From the NCBI GenBank assembly GCA_046292385.1, contig JBKBRF010000026.1, positions 33,023 through 97,022 of the forward strand: a DNA stretch of 64,000 bases, read 5' to 3'. Below are positions 18,419 through 27,579 of the stretch, in pieces. The notes below the pieces were generated by a model that was not told the DNA's origin, searched no databases, and saw only the letters and a program-made list of their open reading frames with translations. How positions within the stretch are numbered: the stretch's first letter is position 1; every line of letters starts with the position of its first letter. Made by a program: the position numbers and the translations under genes. This DNA comes from Armatimonadota bacterium (lineage in GTDB: Bacteria; Armatimonadota; SYMT01).

Positions 18419-19330
18419 CTAAGGAGCCGAGCCGGCGCGGCGGCGCATGATGTAGCTGATCGTCTTGTAGACCAGCTTGGCGGCAGTGAAGTCGGGCGCG
18501 TGGAAACCGGGGATCGGCGCCAGCTCCACGCAGTCGAAGCCGATCACGTCTCCCGCCTCCGCCACGGCGCGCACCTGGGCCAGCACGTCGTGCCAGCGCA
18601 GGCCGCCCGGCTCCGGCGTACCGGTCGACGGCATGATCGAGGCGTCGAAAACGTCGAGGTCGAGCGTCAGGAAGACACGCTTCCCTGCCACCAGCTCGCC
18701 GACCTGGCGGGCGACCCCCTGCGGATCGCTCAGCACGTCCTCCGCCCAGAAGGTGCGGACCCGCTCCGGCTGCTCGCGGATGAACTCCATCTCGGTGACG
18801 TCGAGCGAGCGGATCCCGACCTGGATCACCGGCGAGAATTTCGAGATGCGCGCGGCGGCGCAGGCGTGGCTGTGCGGAGTGCCCTCGTACTCCGCGCGGA
18901 GATCGGCATGGGCGTCGAGCTGGACGGTGACGAAGTCGCCGAACACGCGGTGCAGCCCCCGTGCCACCCCCGGGCTGATGCTGTGCTCTCCGCCCAGGAT
19001 CACCGGCAGCTTTCCGGAGCGGGCCAGCTCCTCGACCGCCGCGGCGATCGCGTCGGTCGCCGCCTCCGGCGAGCGCAGCTCCCGCGCCAGCGGCGGCAGC
19101 GTGTGGACCCCCCACCGGAGCGCCGGCTCATCGTCCAGCTCCCGGTCGTACAGCTCCACCTGCGCGGAAGCCTCGATCAGCGCCGCCGGCCCCCGCCGCG
19201 TGCCGCCGCCGTAGCTGGTCGAAAGCTCGAACGGCACCGGCAGCACCACCACGCCCGCCCGTTCCCAGGCGGTGTACTCCGCGGGCAGATTGAGAAAGCC
19301 GCCGGGCGGCTCCAGTTCATACGCAGCCAT
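18419..19330 (-). CDS. speB: agmatinase (ureohydrolase family)
   Basis: GGEHS, DAHADL, SHAC, DLDVFD, TGTPEPGG motifs. Confidence 0.92.
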   Translation of the reverse strand: MAAYELEPPGGFLNLPAEYTAWERAGVVVLPVPFELSTSYGGGTRRGPAALIEASAQVELYDRELDDEPALRWGVHTLPPLARELRSPEAATDAIAAAVEELARSGKLPVILGGEHSISPGVARGLHRVFGDFVTVQLDAHADLRAEYEGTPHSHACAAARISKFSPVIQVGIRSLDVTEMEFIREQPERVRTFWAEDVLSDPQGVARQVGELVAGKRVFLTLDLDVFDASIMPSTGTPEPGGLRWHDVLAQVRAVAEAGDVIGFDCVELAPIPGFHAPDFTAAKLVYKTISYIMRRRAGSAP

Positions 19331-19577
19331 CGGATGGAACCCTTTTCACCACATAGCGCACAGAGGACACGGAGAGGAACCGGAACGGGAATTCATCGCG
19401 GAGAGCGCAAAGGACGCAGAGAGGGGAACCAGAAGGAGAAACTCCGGGGCCGCTCACGGACTCGTCAGCGGATCAGGCCCACACCTCTCTGATTCCCCTC
19501 TGCGTTCCCTCTGCGCTCTCCGCGTCCTCTGCGGTGAATCAGGTTCGGACTCTCTGTGTCCTCTGTGGGCTCTGTGG

Positions 19578-20663
19578 TTAGTCAGAACCCGACGCGGATT
19601 GATGCGCGGCGAGCATTGCCTGGACCAGCTCTTCGCGGCGGTCGTAGAGGCGGCGGTGTGGGCGGCGCGCTGCGTTGGCCAGGCAGTAGGAGGTGACGAT
19701 CGGGAGCACCACGGTGCTGTCGACGTAGCAGACCACGGTGTCCGGAAGCTGCTCCGGATCGATCTTGCCCCACGTCATCGCCTCGCTCGGCGTGGCGCCG
19801 GAGAGGCCGCCGGTATCCGGCCGGGCGTCGGTGAACTGGATGAAGTAGTCGTGCCCCGCTTCCGGGATCCCGAGGATCTCCTGGAGGTGCGGCTCCGTCT
19901 GCAGCGCGAAGTTCTTGGGACTGCCGCCGCCGTAGATCACCACCGCGCTCCGACCGCCGGTGCTCTTGGCGTGGTAGACCAGCGCCGCCGTCTCGTTGAC
20001 GTCCTGCTCCGGGTCGAGCGCGAGCTGGCTGCCGGAGAGGCGCTTCGCCGCCACGTTCATTCCGATGCTGGAGTCGCCGGGGCTGGAGGTATAGACCGGC
20101 ACCCCGGCCTCGTAGGCCGCGCCGAGCACGGAGCGATGCGTGATGCCGGTCACCCGCTCCCGCTCCCGGAGGTACTTGCCGAGCAGGTAGTGGAACTGGG
20201 CGGTGCCCATCCGCTGCTGGAACTCCGGCGCCTCGATCACCTTGCGGATGTAGGCGTCGGTTTCGTAGAGCACGTCCGACTCGAACAGGATGTCGTAGAT
20301 CCGGATCAGGCCCTGCTCCCGCAGCTCCCGGTCGTCGACCAGCGGCGAAGAGCCGTGCAGCTCCAGCCCGAGCGACCGGTGCATGTCGTGGTAGAGGTTC
20401 GCCCCGGTGCTGACGACCCAGTCGACGAAGCCGGCCTGGATGAGCGGCACGATCGCCGCCATGCCGAGGCCCGTGGGGGTCAGCGCGCCCGAGAGGGTCA
20501 CGCCGACCACCACGTCCGGATTCAGGACTTTGCGCGCCAGGAGCTGGCACGCCTCTCGCAGGCGCCCGGCGTTGTAGGAGAGCAGGAACTCATCCACCAG
20601 GCGCGTGACCGTGATCTCGCCCGGGATCGATTCCGGGTCGAGCTTGCGTCCGTAAGCCGCCAT
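19578..20663 (-). CDS. deoxyhypusine synthase-like / homospermidine synthase
   Basis: [41 protein letters not shown] motifs. Confidence 0.92.
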   Translation of the reverse strand: MAAYGRKLDPESIPGEITVTRLVDEFLLSYNAGRLREACQLLARKVLNPDVVVGVTLSGALTPTGLGMAAIVPLIQAGFVDWVVSTGANLYHDMHRSLGLELHGSSPLVDDRELREQGLIRIYDILFESDVLYETDAYIRKVIEAPEFQQRMGTAQFHYLLGKYLRERERVTGITHRSVLGAAYEAGVPVYTSSPGDSSIGMNVAAKRLSGSQLALDPEQDVNETAALVYHAKSTGGRSAVVIYGGGSPKNFALQTEPHLQEILGIPEAGHDYFIQFTDARPDTGGLSGATPSEAMTWGKIDPEQLPDTVVCYVDSTVVLPIVTSYCLANAARRPHRRLYDRREELVQAMLAAHQSASGSD

Positions 20664-20678
20664 TTGCCCCGGCGCTCC

Positions 20679-21239
20679 CTAGGCTTCCGGGAGGACGAAG
20701 ACGGCCGCCGCCACCACGGTGGTCCAGTTGCCTTCCGCGTCGATGGTCGCTTCCTGGGCAATGCTCAGGGTGCCGCGCACCATGTCCGGGAGCTCGGACG
20801 GATCGAGCGGCTCGGCCGCCACCTTGAGGCTGAACGGCTCACCCACGGCGGTGGAGAGCATCGCCACCGACTGGCGCTCCGTGTACCAGCAGGCCTGCTG
20901 CTCGGTCATGCCGGAGTCGTGATGCTCCGCAATGTAGCCATGGCGGTTGCGGTTCTCCGGCACCGCCATGCCGACCGAGGCGGCAATGGTGCGGCCGGGA
21001 TCGTTGCTCTCGTTGCGGGAGAGCACGCAGAAGACGATCTCTCCGGGAGAGAGATGGCGGAGCCCTTCTTCGGGCTCGACCTGCACGCAGTTAGGGGGCA
21101 GGATCGACGAAACCGTCACCAGGTTGAACTGCGGAACCTGCGCATCCCGCAGAGCCATTTCGAAGCTGACCAGCCGGTCCTGGTGAACACCTACCCCGCG
21201 GGTGAGAAAGAACTTACGCGGTACGAACTGTGATGGCAA
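20679..21239 (-). CDS. pdaD: pyruvoyl-dependent arginine decarboxylase
   Basis: SFEMALRDA, NLVTVSSILP self-cleavage site, GYIAEH, WTTVVAAAV; TTG start after GGAG. Confidence 0.9.
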   Translation of the reverse strand: MPSQFVPRKFFLTRGVGVHQDRLVSFEMALRDAQVPQFNLVTVSSILPPNCVQVEPEEGLRHLSPGEIVFCVLSRNESNDPGRTIAASVGMAVPENRNRHGYIAEHHDSGMTEQQACWYTERQSVAMLSTAVGEPFSLKVAAEPLDPSELPDMVRGTLSIAQEATIDAEGNWTTVVAAAVFVLPEA

Positions 21240-21410
21240 TTTAGGTCTCCAGGACTCCGCCTAGCTGACGCTCGCTGCGTCGGTGGGGGGAGTGCGCGTC
21301 GCGCGAGACGCTTGTTGCCACCACTCCCGCCTCGGGACGACTACTCCAAATGAGGCTTGAGTAATCGCCGGTTTTTGTGACGCTCCCCCTTCCAGTGCGG
21401 AACCCGGAGC

Positions 21411-21439
21411 ATAGTATCCGCTAGCTACCGGAAAGTCTA
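21411..21439 (-). promoter_or_regulatory. sigma70-like promoter of the polyamine operon
   Basis: TAGACT-17 bp-TACTAT on the minus strand. Confidence 0.55.
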
Positions 21440-21531
21440 GAGGTGATTTTTCTGACGAGTTGAGGGGGAGACACCGCGCGGAGCGAGGTGCCGTGAGGGA
21501 GCCGCCGGGCGGGCCGGGGCTGCGGTGCCGC

Positions 21532-22185
21532 TCAGCTCCGGGCGAGCGGGTGGTGCGCCTCCGGGGGCGGCGTATAGCAGCTCGTCTCGCCGCCGAACGG
21601 GCCCTTGTAGGTGGCCGGGCAGCCGAGGAGCTGGCCGAGCGTGCGGCAGGCGTACTCCGCCAGCCGCTCGTCGGTACCGGGGAAGATCAGGACCGGCACG
21701 GTGGTGCCGTCAGCGAAGACCAGGTCGATCACGGTGCGCGGGTCCCAGCCCTGCGTCTCGTAAACCCCGCGCAGCCTCGCAGCCCGGTCCAGCGGCAGGG
21801 ACAGCTCCGGAGCGAGCGCCGTAGGGGTGAGCCGTCCAGCCGCTGTATCGATCTCCAGAAGGCGCGCCGCGCGGATTTGTCCCGGCGCCAGCGCGGCGAG
21901 GAGCAGGCCCACGGGCGCCGCGAGCCAGCCCCACGGGGAAAAGAGGGCTCCGGCGGTAGCCCCGGCGGCGAGCGCCAGCATGCCGCCCGCCCGGACCAGG
22001 ATCCGCGTGCGGCGGACATACGCCGTGCCGGTCCAGAAGACCAGCCGCAGCCCCTCGTCCCGCACCAGCAGCGGCGCCGCGGGACTGTTCAGCTCCGCCT
22101 CCGCCGCCCGATACCGCTCCCAAACTGCCTGGACCGACATCGCGCTCCGCTTCCCTTCTCCCGGCAGCGGCTCAAAGCCGCTCAC
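21532..22185 (-). CDS. hypothetical membrane protein
   Basis: Two adjacent hydrophobic segments followed by a beta-rich region; start may be the internal ATG (MSVQAV). Confidence 0.65.
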   Translation of the reverse strand: MSGFEPLPGEGKRSAMSVQAVWERYRAAEAELNSPAAPLLVRDEGLRLVFWTGTAYVRRTRILVRAGGMLALAAGATAGALFSPWGWLAAPVGLLLAALAPGQIRAARLLEIDTAAGRLTPTALAPELSLPLDRAARLRGVYETQGWDPRTVIDLVFADGTTVPVLIFPGTDERLAEYACRTLGQLLGCPATYKGPFGGETSCYTPPPEAHHPLARS

Positions 22186-22375
22186 CCATGAGGACGGAAG
22201 GAGCGCCGGGGGATGACGCAGAGGGGCGGGGTTCAGGTTTCAGGGACCAGGCTTCAGCCGGCCCGCCGTCCTGGATCGAGCTCCCGGGGACGTGCCGGAT
22301 GCCCGCGGTCGCCAGCGAGCAAGAGCAAGAGCAGGACCCCCCGCTAACGGAGGGTTCGGCTTTTGCCTTCTGCCT

Positions 22376-23845
22376 TTAGCCTTTTGCCTTCTGCTTTCCG
22401 GGTCCGAGCTGCTTCAGGAGGTTGAGAAGTCGGTCGGTGATCTTGCGGGAGGCGTCGACTTCCAGGTAGCTGGAGCGGGCGCGCCAGGTTTCGTAGCCGC
22501 CGAGGGCGTGGTGCTCGGGCGTGGGGAGGTAGCCGTTGTAGCCGTTGGCGAGGGAGATGGTGAAGGTGGGGCGGATCGGGCTGCGGCGCTTCAGCTCCAG
22601 GCCGATCTCCACGAAGACCTCGCACGGAACGGCGGTGATCGCCAGGTCGCCGATGCGCAGGGCCTGGAGGAAGAGCGGGACCTCTTCCGGGTAGTCGGCC
22701 ATCAGCACCGTCTCACGGGCGTAGACCTGGTCCCGCTCGTGGAGGACGCCGGGCTTCGCCTTCGCGAGGATCTCCCGCGCGCGGGCGACCTCCTCCGGCT
22801 GCGGCTTGCGGACCCGGAGCGTGAGCTCCGACTGCGCCGCGGCGAGGAGCGCCCGGTCCTGGTGCCGCACGTTCCGGAGCGCCGCGTGCACCGCGCCCGC
22901 CACCCGGTGGGCCACCTGCCGCATCTTCTCGTACGGCTTTGCCGGCGGGCCGGGTGTCCCGCGGAAGTTGATGTTGTTCACGTCGCCGCTGGTGCCGTTG
23001 GTCATCATGGCGACGAACGGCGGCTCCTGGCGATCCGCCTTCAACAGCTCCTGCACGCGGTCGGCGAAGACGCCGAAGTAGTCGGCGGAGAGGTGGCTGG
23101 CCTCCACGCCGCCGACGTAGTGGAGCGAGTAGTTGGCGAGCAGCGCCACGGGACGGCCCTCCGGCGTCCGGACGGAAAGGAACGCGACCTCCGGGTCGGT
23201 CGGCCCCGCCGGCTCCACCAGGTTCGGGCTCCCGACACCGGGGTTCATCTGCACCTGGTCCTGGCCGCCGAACGGGTTGGGCGGAATGGTGCCCGGCTTC
23301 ATCCGCCAGCGGCGGTTGAAGACCTCCTCCGGCACGCTGGCGCTGCCCCAGCCGATCTGCGCGGGCGCCAGGTTCACCACCGCGCGCCGCACCCCGTCCG
23401 CGATCCGCCTTGCGACGAAGCGGGGGTACTCCGGGTCCGGCTCGCTCTGGAAGACCGGCGCGCAGGTGCCGGCGGAGTGGGAGTGGGTGGCGGAGATCAG
23501 GAGGCGCTCCGGCGGCAGCTGGATCTCTCGCCGCAGCAGCTCCCGCGCGGCGTCGGTGATCTCCCGCGGGAGCATGCAGGCATCGACTACGGCGAAGGCG
23601 AGGTAGCCCCGGCCATCGTCCAGCACCAGGCAGCGCGCCTGGAGCTCGTCGTGGACGTACTCCGCGCGCCGGTCGACGAACCCGCCGTTGATCGAGGTGC
23701 CCAGCGGAGGCGTGAGGTTGCTGGTGGCGGCGCCGGCCCGGAAAACCCGCTCTCCCTGCGCCTGCCCGGAAGCGGCGACACAGGCGAGTGCCAGGAGCGG
23801 CAGGAGCAGGCGCCGCACACGCGGCGGCGAGAGGAGCGAAGGCAT
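22376..23845 (-). CDS. neutral/alkaline ceramidase N-terminal domain protein
   Basis: HDELQARCLVL, SATHSHSA, NYSLHY, SADYFG, NGTSGD, PCEVF, NGYNGYLPT motifs. Confidence 0.85.
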   Translation of the reverse strand: MPSLLSPPRVRRLLLPLLALACVAASGQAQGERVFRAGAATSNLTPPLGTSINGGFVDRRAEYVHDELQARCLVLDDGRGYLAFAVVDACMLPREITDAARELLRREIQLPPERLLISATHSHSAGTCAPVFQSEPDPEYPRFVARRIADGVRRAVVNLAPAQIGWGSASVPEEVFNRRWRMKPGTIPPNPFGGQDQVQMNPGVGSPNLVEPAGPTDPEVAFLSVRTPEGRPVALLANYSLHYVGGVEASHLSADYFGVFADRVQELLKADRQEPPFVAMMTNGTSGDVNNINFRGTPGPPAKPYEKMRQVAHRVAGAVHAALRNVRHQDRALLAAAQSELTLRVRKPQPEEVARAREILAKAKPGVLHERDQVYARETVLMADYPEEVPLFLQALRIGDLAITAVPCEVFVEIGLELKRRSPIRPTFTISLANGYNGYLPTPEHHALGGYETWRARSSYLEVDASRKITDRLLNLLKQLGPGKQKAKG

Positions 23846-24008
23846 GGCGCGGATCCTCACGGGTTGGATGTACAGGAGGTTCGCCGCTGCAGGGTCCGCT
23901 TGCCTTCTCCAGAACCTCGTTAGCAGGTTGCAGGTTGAGCCCTCCGCAGATGGGAGTTCGGAACCTGTAAACCTGCTAACCTGCAACCTGCCAACAGTCG
24001 CGAGGCGA

Positions 24009-25175
24009 CTATCGCGCGGCGGCAGCCGCGGGGCGGCGGCGGGCGCGCTCGCGGGCCTGGCTCTTCCCGGTGACCCGGTGGATCACGCGGACTTCCTCTT
24101 CCACGTACGGGGTGCCGTCCGCGCGGAAGATCTCGTGGAACCAGACCGGCGGCTCCGCGGTGTAGTGCTTGTTCCAGCTATCCCACGGGTAGTTGGTGTT
24201 GGTTTTCCCCGCCACGAAGCCCCAGTTGTAGGCGCTCACGTTCTGCTCTCGCAGGTAGGGGAGCACGTCCTGGAAGGTGCTGCCCATCGGCCGCGCCATG
24301 TACTCCGTGCAGAGGAGCGGCCGGTTGTAGCGCCGCAGCCACCGGACGCGATCTTCCTGGTGCTCCCGCGGGCCGTAGTTGTGGTAGCTGATGACGTCCG
24401 ACTCGGTCAGCATCACCCGGTCCCACGGCTTCAGCTTGTCATCGCTCGACCACTCGCCGATCCAGACGCCGGAGGTGAGCGGCTGGTCCGGGTTCGCTTC
24501 CTGCGCCCAGGCGAAGACCTTCTTCAGCAGCGGCAGCACCAGCTCCGCCTTGTTCGGCGGCTCCCAGGCGCGATAGCTGTTGCCGTTGTTGTTGTCCGGC
24601 TCGTTCCAGAGGTCCCACACCTGCACACGGCGGTCTTTCCCGAAGCGGCGAAGGATGCCCTGCACGTAGCCCTTCAGCTCGTCGTGGCGGGACGGGTCGC
24701 GCAGGATCTCCGCGCCGGGGCTCTGCACCCAGCCGGAGTTGTGGAGGTGCGGCGTCGGCTTGCGCTGGCGCCCCAGGTGCGGGTGGGGGTCCCAGACGCT
24801 GTCGAACAGCACGAACATAACGCCGATCTTGTGCCGGTCCGCGATGCGGAGGAACTCCTCCATCCGCTGCGTGAGGCCCCGGGGATCGTCTTTCCAGAGG
24901 AGGTCGTGCAGGAAGACGCGGACGCTGTTGAAGCCGAGGCTCTCCGCCCAGCCGAGCTCCTGGTCGATCGTCTTCGGATCCCAGGTCTCTTTCTGCCACA
25001 TCTCCAGCTGATTGATGGCGGTGCGCGGCGCGTAGTTGCAGCCGACGAGCCATCCGGTCTTCCGGTACCACTCGTTCGCCTGCTCCGGCGACCACCGGGC
25101 CTCCGCGCCGGCGGGGCGCGCCAGCAGCAGCAAGCCGGCGGCAAGGGCGAGAACGGTTGCGAAACGTGATTTCAT
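24009..25175 (-). CDS. clan GH-A glycoside hydrolase (GH5-like)
   Basis: Signal peptide; RVFLH, WDLWNEP acid/base, YHNY, CTEY nucleophile. Confidence 0.88.
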   Translation of the reverse strand: MKSRFATVLALAAGLLLLARPAGAEARWSPEQANEWYRKTGWLVGCNYAPRTAINQLEMWQKETWDPKTIDQELGWAESLGFNSVRVFLHDLLWKDDPRGLTQRMEEFLRIADRHKIGVMFVLFDSVWDPHPHLGRQRKPTPHLHNSGWVQSPGAEILRDPSRHDELKGYVQGILRRFGKDRRVQVWDLWNEPDNNNGNSYRAWEPPNKAELVLPLLKKVFAWAQEANPDQPLTSGVWIGEWSSDDKLKPWDRVMLTESDVISYHNYGPREHQEDRVRWLRRYNRPLLCTEYMARPMGSTFQDVLPYLREQNVSAYNWGFVAGKTNTNYPWDSWNKHYTAEPPVWFHEIFRADGTPYVEEEVRVIHRVTGKSQARERARRRPAAAAAR

Positions 25176-25422
25176 AGTGCTCCTTTGCTCTCCAGCCAGA
25201 TCACTTCGACGCGTGGGGAGGCGTTGCCTTCCCCGCGCGCCGGTGGTCCGTGGGAGCCGAGCGAGTCGTATCACGCCGGGCGGCGAGCGAAGCGGTGGAT
25301 CCGTTCTGGGCCTTCATCCTTTCGTCATGACCGGGGCGTCCGGGGGTGCAGAGCCGGGGACGGGAGCCGCCACACCGGCGGGGACGAGCCGCTCCCCGAA
25401 GCCACAGTCGAGGGTCAACCAG

Positions 25423-26169
25423 ATGAAACGCCGAGCTTTCTGTCTCACCGCACTGAGCGCGCTGATCTCCCTGCCGGCCCTGGCGCAGGGCCCCGGCGGT
25501 CCGGGTGGTCCGGGCCGGCCAGGCGGTCCGCCTCCCGGGGGACCGCCTCCCGGAGGGCCGATGTTCCTGCTCTCCATGCCGGAAGTGCAGCAGGAGCTGC
25601 GCCTCACCGCGGAGCAGCGGGAGAAGCTGGCCCAGCTCCGTCCCGGTCCAGGCGGTCCAGGCGGTCCCGGCGGCCCTGGCGGCCCCGGCGGCCCTGGCGG
25701 GCGTGGTGCGGGTGGCCCCGGCGGACCCGGTGGGCCGGGTGGCCCCGGGGGACCCGAGAACGACGCCCGCCGCCGCGAGATGGAGCGGAAGCTGGCGGAG
25801 GTGCTGGACACCCGGCAGCTCGCCCGTCTGAAGCAGCTCACGCTGCAGCACGCCGGCCTCCGCGCGCTGGGCCGGCCGGACGTGTCGGACGAGCTGAAGC
25901 TGACGCAGGCCCAGCGGGACCGGGTCCGCGCGGCGATGGAGGGCGAGCGTGACGCGATGCGCCGGCTCTTCGAGGAGAACCGCGGGCAGCGCCCCGATCC
26001 GGCGGTGATGCGCGGGCGCGTGGAGCAGATCCGCTCGACCGCCGACACCGCTCTCGGTGGGATCCTCACCGAAGCCCAGAAGCGGCAGTGGCAGGGCATG
26101 CAGGGCGCCCCGTTCCGGTTCCCCGAGCCGCCCGCCCCCCGTGGACCCCGCGGGCCGCGGGAAGCCTGA
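25423..26169 (+). CDS. Spy/CpxP-like periplasmic protein with GPG repeats
   Basis: Signal peptide; ELRLTAEQ, ELKLTQAQ, LTEAQ (LTxxQ) motifs. Confidence 0.75.
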   Translation: MKRRAFCLTALSALISLPALAQGPGGPGGPGRPGGPPPGGPPPGGPMFLLSMPEVQQELRLTAEQREKLAQLRPGPGGPGGPGGPGGPGGPGGRGAGGPGGPGGPGGPGGPENDARRREMERKLAEVLDTRQLARLKQLTLQHAGLRALGRPDVSDELKLTQAQRDRVRAAMEGERDAMRRLFEENRGQRPDPAVMRGRVEQIRSTADTALGGILTEAQKRQWQGMQGAPFRFPEPPAPRGPRGPREA

Positions 26170-26593
26170 GAAGGGCGGAGTGCAGAGGGCGGAGTGCGGA
26201 ATTCGAACCCTGCACACGAGGGGCTCGGTTCTCTGCACCCCGTCCTCAGACTGGCTCCTACTCTTACTCGTTCTCCTACTCTTACTCAGGAGGCCGGCCG
26301 TACCGGGACCAGCCGAGCGTAAAGCGGCCGGCCCCATCGCGCCAGAGGTTCGGCCTCATACCCGCTTACCTCCAGCGATCGCCGACAGTTGACTGCCGGC
26401 GGCCCCAACCGCGGAGTTCACTCCGCCCGGCTCGTCGCTCCCGCCACGAACTTCCGACTGTATTGGCTTGCCGAGACCGGGCCGGAAGTACAGGGTCGCC
26501 AGCGAGCAGGAGCAGGAGTAAGAGCAGGAGCAGGAGTTCCCGTCCACGGGGGGCTCGGTCCTCTGCACTCCGCCCTCTGCACTCCGCCCTCAG
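26167..26593. repeat. nested fold-back repeat element
   Basis: Outer GGGCGGAGTGCAGA arms and inner CTCCTA/CTCTTA vs GAGCAG/GAGTAA arms in inverted orientation. Confidence 0.7.
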
Positions 26594-26721
26594 ATCTGCA
26601 CTCCGTCCTCAGATCGGAATCTCCCCCCGTTCTCTACGCTCCGCCCGTCAAGCTGCCGACTTCCGGAGAGGTGGGAGCGTGAGCGCTTCCGCCGGTCGGC
26701 GTTTCGCTTTCCGGATCCACG

Positions 26722-27561
26722 ATGTCACGCAACAGAGCGCCGCGGGGTCGTCGAAGTCAGCTTGCGCTGCTGGCGCGGCAGGTGGCCACCGTGCCCGGTC
26801 GGCTCGACCGCTGGCTCTATCTGGCCGGGCTGCGGTCCGCCCGCGGCCTCACCCTACCTCACTTCCTGGGGATCGGGGCGCAGAAAGCGGGCACGAGCTG
26901 GCTGGACCGGAACCTGCGGTACCACCCGGAGCTCTTCTTGCCGGAAGAGAAGGAGCTCCACTACTTCGACCGCCACTGGGGCCGCTCGCTGCGCTGGTAC
27001 GCCCGCTGGTTCGAGGCGGCCGGCGACCGCCTCCCGGGGGAGATCACGCCGGCGTACGGCGTGCTGCCGCCGGACCGGATACGATTGGTACGGTCGCTCT
27101 TGCCGGACGCGCGGTTGATCTTCATCATGAGAGACCCGGTAGAGCGGGCGTGGTCTCACGTCCAGATGCACTACTGGATGCGCCGGCGGAAGAAGGTGGA
27201 AGAGATTGGCCGGGCGCGCCTGCTGAAGGCGCTGCAGCGGCCCGGTCTTATCGCGCGGAGCAGCTACTCGGAGACGCTGGACCAGTGGACTGCGGTCTAC
27301 CCGGCGGAGCAGCTCTACGTCGGCTTCTTCGACGACATCGCGGAGCGGCCGCAGGAGCTGCTTCGCGAGATCTTCCGCCACCTGGGGGTGCGCGAGGAGA
27401 TCGAGTGGGAGCGGCTGCCGCTGCGAGAAGTGGTGCGCCGCGGCGGCGGCGCGCCGATGCCGCCGGAAGTGAGAGAGCTCCTGGAGGCGCGCTGCGCCCC
27501 GGAGCTGGAACGGCTCGAGGCCCGCTTCGGCGCCCGCGTGGGGCGGTGGCGAAGCTCCTGA
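26722..27561 (+). CDS. sulfotransferase
   Basis: GAQKAGTS (5'-PSB), KELHYF, GEITPAY, RDPVERAWS (3'-PB) motifs. Confidence 0.92.
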   Translation: MSRNRAPRGRRSQLALLARQVATVPGRLDRWLYLAGLRSARGLTLPHFLGIGAQKAGTSWLDRNLRYHPELFLPEEKELHYFDRHWGRSLRWYARWFEAAGDRLPGEITPAYGVLPPDRIRLVRSLLPDARLIFIMRDPVERAWSHVQMHYWMRRRKKVEEIGRARLLKALQRPGLIARSSYSETLDQWTAVYPAEQLYVGFFDDIAERPQELLREIFRHLGVREEIEWERLPLREVVRRGGGAPMPPEVRELLEARCAPELERLEARFGARVGRWRSS

Positions 27562-27579
27562 TGTACCCGGTAACTCTGC

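Noticed and set aside
21259..21285. GCTGACGC...GCGTC as a third copy of the sulfur-operon hairpin
   Set aside because: It lacks the GACGAC loop and GAGGCC end, and lies antisense to the downstream gene.
25640..25755. (GGCGGCCCC)n tandem array as a possible CRISPR or DNA repeat
   Set aside because: It encodes Gly-Pro-Gly repeats within a CDS; there are no unique spacers or cas genes.
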